From: Catajapyx aquilonaris
Lineage: Eukaryota
Length of the DNA stretch: 56,219 nt
Reading direction: 5' to 3'
Assembly (NCBI GenBank): GCA_000934665.2
Contig: JYFJ02004050.1
Span: 1-56,219, forward strand
The translations under genes were made by a program, and so were the position numbers. Below the pieces are notes generated by a model that did no database searches, was not told the origin of the DNA, and saw only the letters and a program-made list of their open reading frames with translations. How positions within the stretch are numbered: the first letter of the stretch is position 1; the number at the start of each line of letters is the position of its first letter. Shown in pieces: positions 50,190 through 56,219 of this stretch.

Positions 50190-50530
50190 GCAGGATTTCT
50201 CAGGATTTCCCTGGACTATGCTGGAATTCGCCAGATTTCCGTGGACTTGCTGGGATTTATCGGGACTTTCCTGGACTGGGTAGGATTTCTCAGGATTTCC
50301 CTGGACTATCTGATGGAATTCTCAGGATTTCCATGGACTAGCTGGGATTTCTCAGGACTTCCCTGGACTGGGTAGGATTTCTCAGGATTTCCCTGGACTA
50401 TCTGATGGAATTCTCAGGATTTCCATGGACTTGCTGGGATTTATCAGGACTTCCCTGGACTGGGTAGGATTTTTCAGGATTTCCCTGGACTATCTGATGG
50501 AATTCTAAGGATTTCCATGGACTAGCTGGA
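50190..50530. repeat. 92-bp higher-order repeat built from three monomers of about 30 bp (same family as 46005-46705)
   Basis: GGACTGGGTAGG at 50273, 50365 and 50457. Confidence 0.9.
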
Positions 50531-53500
50531 ATTCCAACTGCGTCAGATGCAGTGTTGCCAACATCCACGCGACAGGCAGGAATGCCAACTGTCGTAGGCC
50601 CAGTGTTGCCAACAGCTATCACGTGACCGCGGTGCCTGACTTTGTTTTTGGGCTAATCGGGCAACAGCGGCTTTGAGTTTGGCAACGGAGCCTTTATCCG
50701 GACATGCCAGCCGGCACCATTTCAAAATTTTCCAATTTTGCGGCCATTACCACCTTGACAGTCGCCACCCCACCCTGCGACACGATGTTGCCCAATTTTG
50801 CCTACAAAACATGTGGTTTCCTGCTACTCCCCCAGTCGATTCGGCGGTGTTGCAATGCTAATCGACATTAACTTTGCGGTCGCTTTGAAAACTCGTTGCT
50901 GATGATGATGGTATCGGGGATATGTTTGGCAACCTCGTGCCGTCAGCCCCAGAATGTCGGTCGGTCCTGTTTCGAGAGGGGGTGGAGGAGGGAGGGCTAT
51001 CGATCCCCCCTCCCCCAACCCTCTACTACTGAACCCAACGGAAAGGAAGAGCGCTAGAGAAATAGTTTGAAGTATAGCTTTGGTTGTTCCCCACAGTACA
51101 TCACTCTCTCTCTCAACTCTCGTGCCATTGCACCAAACCTATCCGCAACAATACCATCATCAACAACTACTGGCCTATAGGAAGTTGGTCGCATAATCAC
51201 TATCAGACCGTACTGTAGTCGACACTATTGTACTATCATCAACAAACATTTCGTACCAATTACGATGCTATATTGACATGTATCGATGTAACTACCGGGA
51301 TCGCTACTAGCCAGTGAGTTCCAAACAGTTATTGGAAATACAGTTAAAACCGATACTACTGTCATCAACAATGATTTTGAATAGAAAGCTTGCGATACTA
51401 TCATTTCCCAATGCATCACCGATACCTATATTACCGATCGATATTAGAATACTGTGTGAGCGAAAAACTACACTTTAATCACGATAAGTAACGCTTCTAA
51501 GGACAGTGCCAAGATTTTTAAGAGATACTGTGTAATGTGTATCTCTGAGTGTCATCGTCCTCTATTATGATCATCTATCAGCGCGAGTGATTACTGATGG
51601 ACTTACCAAAAGGCCGTGACACCCGTCCAGTCAACACAAAAACAACGGGAAGCACAGACTGATATGTTGCTTTTGTTTATTTACGTTGTGACTGACATGC
51701 TGCCAATGGACCATGCTCTTTGCTCGTGTCGGTACTGTACTGTACAATGCAATGGACGAGCTGTTTTAAATTTTCCCTAGCAGTGAGCAAAAAAGGTTCG
51801 GGGGTTACACAAAATAAAATCGATACTATCACCATATTTTGTTAAATATGAGGCCAAGAAGCTGCCAAATCCGTGAAATTCCATAGACGGCAGTCCCTAA
51901 CATTTTGTACTTCGTATTACCGTCACATTGTGTACAGATAATCGATGTTCACTATCGCAGATTGTCGATAGTATCGTCAATTCCTATATTTAGGGACGAT
52001 GCTATCGATTTAATGAGCTATCAGCCCATTCAATCGATAGTCGTCAATCTTTTGGCATTCGGACTATCTCTGAATTACGCTGATATCATCGACATGCACT
52101 ATTACAGAGTCGATAGTATTGATAACTTATTATGGTATCATCAAGTTACTATACCATCGACTTAATCGGTTATAATAATTTTCAAACGATAGTCGTGATC
52201 ATTTCGTAATTTAGATTAGCTCTGCATTATGTCGATAGAATCGATACACACTCTCGTAGGCCATCGATACTATCGGCAACTCACGATACCATCGACTTAA
52301 TGGGTTATGATCCTGAGTTCTTGCTTCTGTAAGAGGGGGGAAATGTTATCTACTAATACATTAGTCGCCCTTCGCTTATCATAAGCAGTCAAGTTGAATG
52401 TCGTCGGGCGTCTTCGGCGTCGCCTTTCCAGACGCACGTGCCAGATGAGGAGAGACTCCCCCTCCTGAATTCCTGCTCCCCATATACCTCAGAGGAGGTG
52501 GAAGGAAGTCAGTGGGGGTTGGAGAGAAGAGGGCAGGTCAAAATAAGCCTTGTTCTAGACAAGGGTTGCCAAGTGAAACGACGGGGGAGAAAGTCAGACA
52601 GTCCCTCAGCAGAAAAAAGATCAGGAAGCGACGATCAAAATAAGGACCGCCAATGGCCCCATCGATGGTATCGTCAGGCTCAAATGGGATTTAGACCCTC
52701 TCAATCCCTATATAGTCCTATACAAACTGCAACACACCCTCACACGCACACAAAAAAGGACTAAATATTTCAAGCAGGTCGTGTGGTCGCACTAATTTAT
52801 AAAATAGCCACGTACTAAAAGGTCAGGAGTTGCCGGAGGGGTGCCATATCTGATTATAAATTATTAAATATTTCAAGACGGAGCATCAATTGCTACATGG
52901 ATTAGGGGCAGAGATATATGATAAAAAAATATCGAACCTATGAGACTGGCAACCTTGGTCCATTGGCACCCCTGCTGGTCACCTGCATCAGCGCTACAGT
53001 TATCGTGATTCAAGTGCATCTGAAGTTACAATTTTGGAAGCGTGTACACTTGGTGTTACTGGGCTAGACAGTTGATTACCGGAAGTAAATCCTTTCCGTC
53101 CAAAATTTGGCAACACTGCCCGGCCCACACGTGGACGTAGTATGATATGGCAGAACCAGATGGCGCGAATCCTACCTCTCTGCACACTACTGCCCTCTAA
53201 GGGGTAATGCACGTTGGTGATGAGTCAAAGCGTGTAGAGACACTGCTGCCACTCCACGGGAAAAGTGGTAACTATACATGCACGTTGGTGATGAGTCAAC
53301 GCGTGTAGGGACAGTCACGCCTAGCCAATTACACGGTAAGAGGCACTTCATATGAACACGAATGGTCAACATTAGATGTTAGTTTTAAATTTTTGATGGA
53401 TCAGGTATAACTGTTATGGACAGTTAAGTTGGAACACCCTGTATGTTATGGAGGGGGAGATTGGAGAGGGGGGGATTGCAGCCTCCCTTCCAACATTTGC

Positions 53501-54284
53501 CTTCCCCCTTGCAATGGTCCCCAGAAATCAATATGAAAAAGGGGGAGGTGGGGAGAGGAGGGGGGGGGGATGACGAGGGCAACGCCCCATTTCCAACCCC
53601 CCCTCCCCTCCTCCCTACCCTTCCCTACTCCAAAAGTTACGCCGCGTAATATTTGCTATAGTAGCATCCACCAATTGACATTTTAAGTCCCAATCGTAAT
53701 TCAGCAATTTGGGAAAAAGCAATGGTTAGTATTAGCTCTCCCTCGAACCTTGACATCACGTATCGGTTACATAACTCGGGTGTTACCAGGTTACAACAAT
53801 ATTGGAAACCTGTAACCCCGAGGAGGCCAATCATCGCCCCCATCGGCGCAGTCAATTCACGCGTGGGTCGCCCTCCTAACGTCGCGAGCAGTGTCCTCAA
53901 CTTTTTGTCTCCGCACGTACCAGAAACCGTGGCCCTAAATTTGAACTCAGTTTTTCGCTAATTTTTTTGGGGGGAGGTCCTTAGGGGCGTGGCACAACAC
54001 GTGTGCAGGACCTGTCGAAATAAGCTCGGCATGACGTCGCGACTTCCCTCATTTGTGTGGGGTGCAAACCTAGTGTCGCGTGTCCGGAGGTCTCTCTCTC
54101 TACATCAGACGAAGGTCATCGTCGTTTTCGCAAAACCTTGAGCCACTTAATGCGATTTGCACGCAGAACCGGGTCACTTTGCAAAAACACTTATCCACAA
54201 CATGTGCCCCACCCGGGACCTATTTCTTACTCCCCAACCTCATGTTACTTGACAGCACAGGTCACGAAGGACAACCGCGGGACT

Positions 54285-54520
54285 CTCCGGATTCCCATCA
54301 GATTCTGATGGATTCATCCGCGGATTCCCATCAGATTTCTCATGGATTCATCCGCGGATACCCATCAGATTCTGATGGAGTCATCAGCGGATTCCCATCA
54401 GATTATGACGGATTCATCCGCTGATTCCCATCAGATTCTCATGGATTCATCCGCTGATTCCCATCAGATTCATCCGCGGATTCCCATCAGATTTCTCATG
54501 GATTCATCCGGATTCCTTTG
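54285..54520. repeat. Minisatellite of about 33 bp
   Basis: GGATTCCCATCAGATTCTGATGGATTCATCCGC, about 7 copies. Confidence 0.92.
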
Positions 54521-55671
54521 TAGGATTTGCAATTTCTTACTACCCAAGTGCGCGGATTCTCACGATGACGCAGGAGATGACAAAGTTTCTTACGCTTTAT
54601 TTTCGGCAGGCAACTTGCTTTAATTACTGTGCTAATTACTCCCCCTCGGAATGCACCGGGTTGACAACTGACGACGCTGTTCAATTAAAACATAAATACC
54701 AAAGGAGGACACGGGTTTAATAAGCCGTGATGAGACGGTTTTTTTTTTGTACGCCGCTTCTTTTGAGTGTAATCACCGACTTGTGATGCGCACTAACAAT
54801 ATTACATGCTATAGTAATAAGTTCAGTGCTGCCTGTGTATCCTGGTCCACCCCATCTGGCTCAAACGTCTGAAGGATTTCCGGTCTATTGTCCCCTGCCA
54901 GATTGACCAGGTGGACTACACCTCAGGAAGACGGATAAAAAAAGCGATTCAAGAAATACCATCCGCCAGCCAATCAGTGCGCACGTGCCAAGAGAAGCAG
55001 AACTGCTTTCTAATGAGCAGTGCACTCAAGCATGTGTTCACAAAACACCGGCTAATTACAGAAGATTTTGCGAGTGTGCATGACGTCACATTTGGTAGTC
55101 CACCTGGAAATCCGGAGGACTCCCTGAACATGTGGGTGGCCCGATGAAGACGCAAAATAATCCGGATTTCAGTCCGGTTTCGATGGCCAAAAAAAACAAA
55201 GGTTTTCTTTTGGTCGCAAACCACAGGGTAGTGCCAGTGAAGGCTATTTAATTAACGTTTCCTTTGGAAGCGAGTCCCGATGCCTCCAGGTTAGAAAACC
55301 ACCCCCGTTTTGAAAGAAAACGAACCAAACGAAAAAATGGGGAGGGCATAATAATACCAGTCTGGGTGCCATAGAGTGGGGTTTGGTGAAGACAAAGTGT
55401 GCCGCCGCCCTTTGTTCTTTTCTGGGGAGGAAAAAGGTCCTCACACTCTCAAAGTCCTCAAGGTCACCCACGTGAACCGGTCAACTCATGCTAAAGCCGA
55501 CTAAACAGTTGGCGCTTACCTGGCCCCTGAGGTGCAACTGGAATTTCTTTTGATCTCCCAGGATCCTGTCTGGAGTCGGCTCAATATCGGATGAACCCAA
55601 ATGGAGAAGAATTCTGTAGAAATCTGGTGCAAATTCAAGACCAAACGCAATGAATCATGGAAAAGTGCTGG

Positions 55672-55790
55672 ACTGGTGGAGCCACAATCGCCTGGTGGAG
55701 CCACAATCGCCTGGTGGAGCCACAATCGCCTGGTGGAGCCACAATCGCCTGGTGGAGCCACAATCGACTGTTGGAGCCACAAGCAGGTGG
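55672..55790. repeat. 19-bp minisatellite
   Basis: CTGGTGGAGCCACAATCGC, about 5-6 head-to-tail copies with no spacers. Confidence 0.95.
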
Positions 55791-56219
55791 TGGCAAAAGA
55801 GCGAATCCACAGTTGCCTCAGTACGACCACCTTCAATAGATCGCGCGCGAAGCGAGGGTTTTTCTAGGCCTGCGGTTTCAGAAACACTCGATTCGCTCTT
55901 TTGTCGCCACTTAGTACGACACCATGTCCAGCACTGTACGTATCAGGCAGGAGACATGCATATTTTGTTGTCGTTTTCACACGGGTGTTCAAGCCTCTTT
56001 GTTCGATGCTGTGTTGCCGTCTGAAGCCTCCAGCCCCGTTAGACCCTTTTGGAAAAAGGGGCCGTAGAATCCCTCCGTGGCCCAATTCCACCCATGCGCC
56101 TCACAAAGACCTCTTTCTAGCTACTCCCCAACCGTCCCAACATAAAGAGAATGAACAAAAAATATATATAGAGAGAAGAGAAGCGAACCTTGTAGGCCAC
56201 CACTTTCGGCCTTGGCCCC

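Noticed and set aside
55672..55790. CRISPR-like regular repeats (also at 17635, 25760 and 54285)
   Set aside because: Units are head-to-tail with no unique spacers, there are no cas genes, and the context is eukaryotic

Overview
This is eukaryotic (probably arthropod) genomic DNA with short GT-AG introns, not a prokaryotic window, so most of the supplied ORFs are exon fragments or repeat artefacts. It has three parts. (1) 558-19602 (+): a head-to-tail array of 14 secreted ApoD-like lipocalin units, called Lcn1-14 here. Thirteen have all three exons; Lcn1 is only a terminal exon. All complete units share one layout: signal-peptide exon, phase-0 intron, GxW exon, phase-1 intron, TDY exon. The array includes a mosaic gene (Lcn5) that lacks both partners of one predicted disulfide, a paralog with a basic helix and His-rich tail (Lcn9), and a His/Met-rich subfamily with ADW in place of GxW (Lcn10-13). 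(2) 19918-23912 (-): a complete 9-exon TBC1D15/17-like Rab-GAP gene, convergent with the array. (3) about 24-56 kb: gene-poor and repeat-rich, with minisatellites, foldback/MITE-like elements, a tRNA-derived SINE (a related one lies in TBC1D15 intron 1), Helitron-like ends and a few weak exon candidates. Exon boundaries were read by eye from splice sites and frame continuity; repeat boundaries are approximate. No database searches were run.
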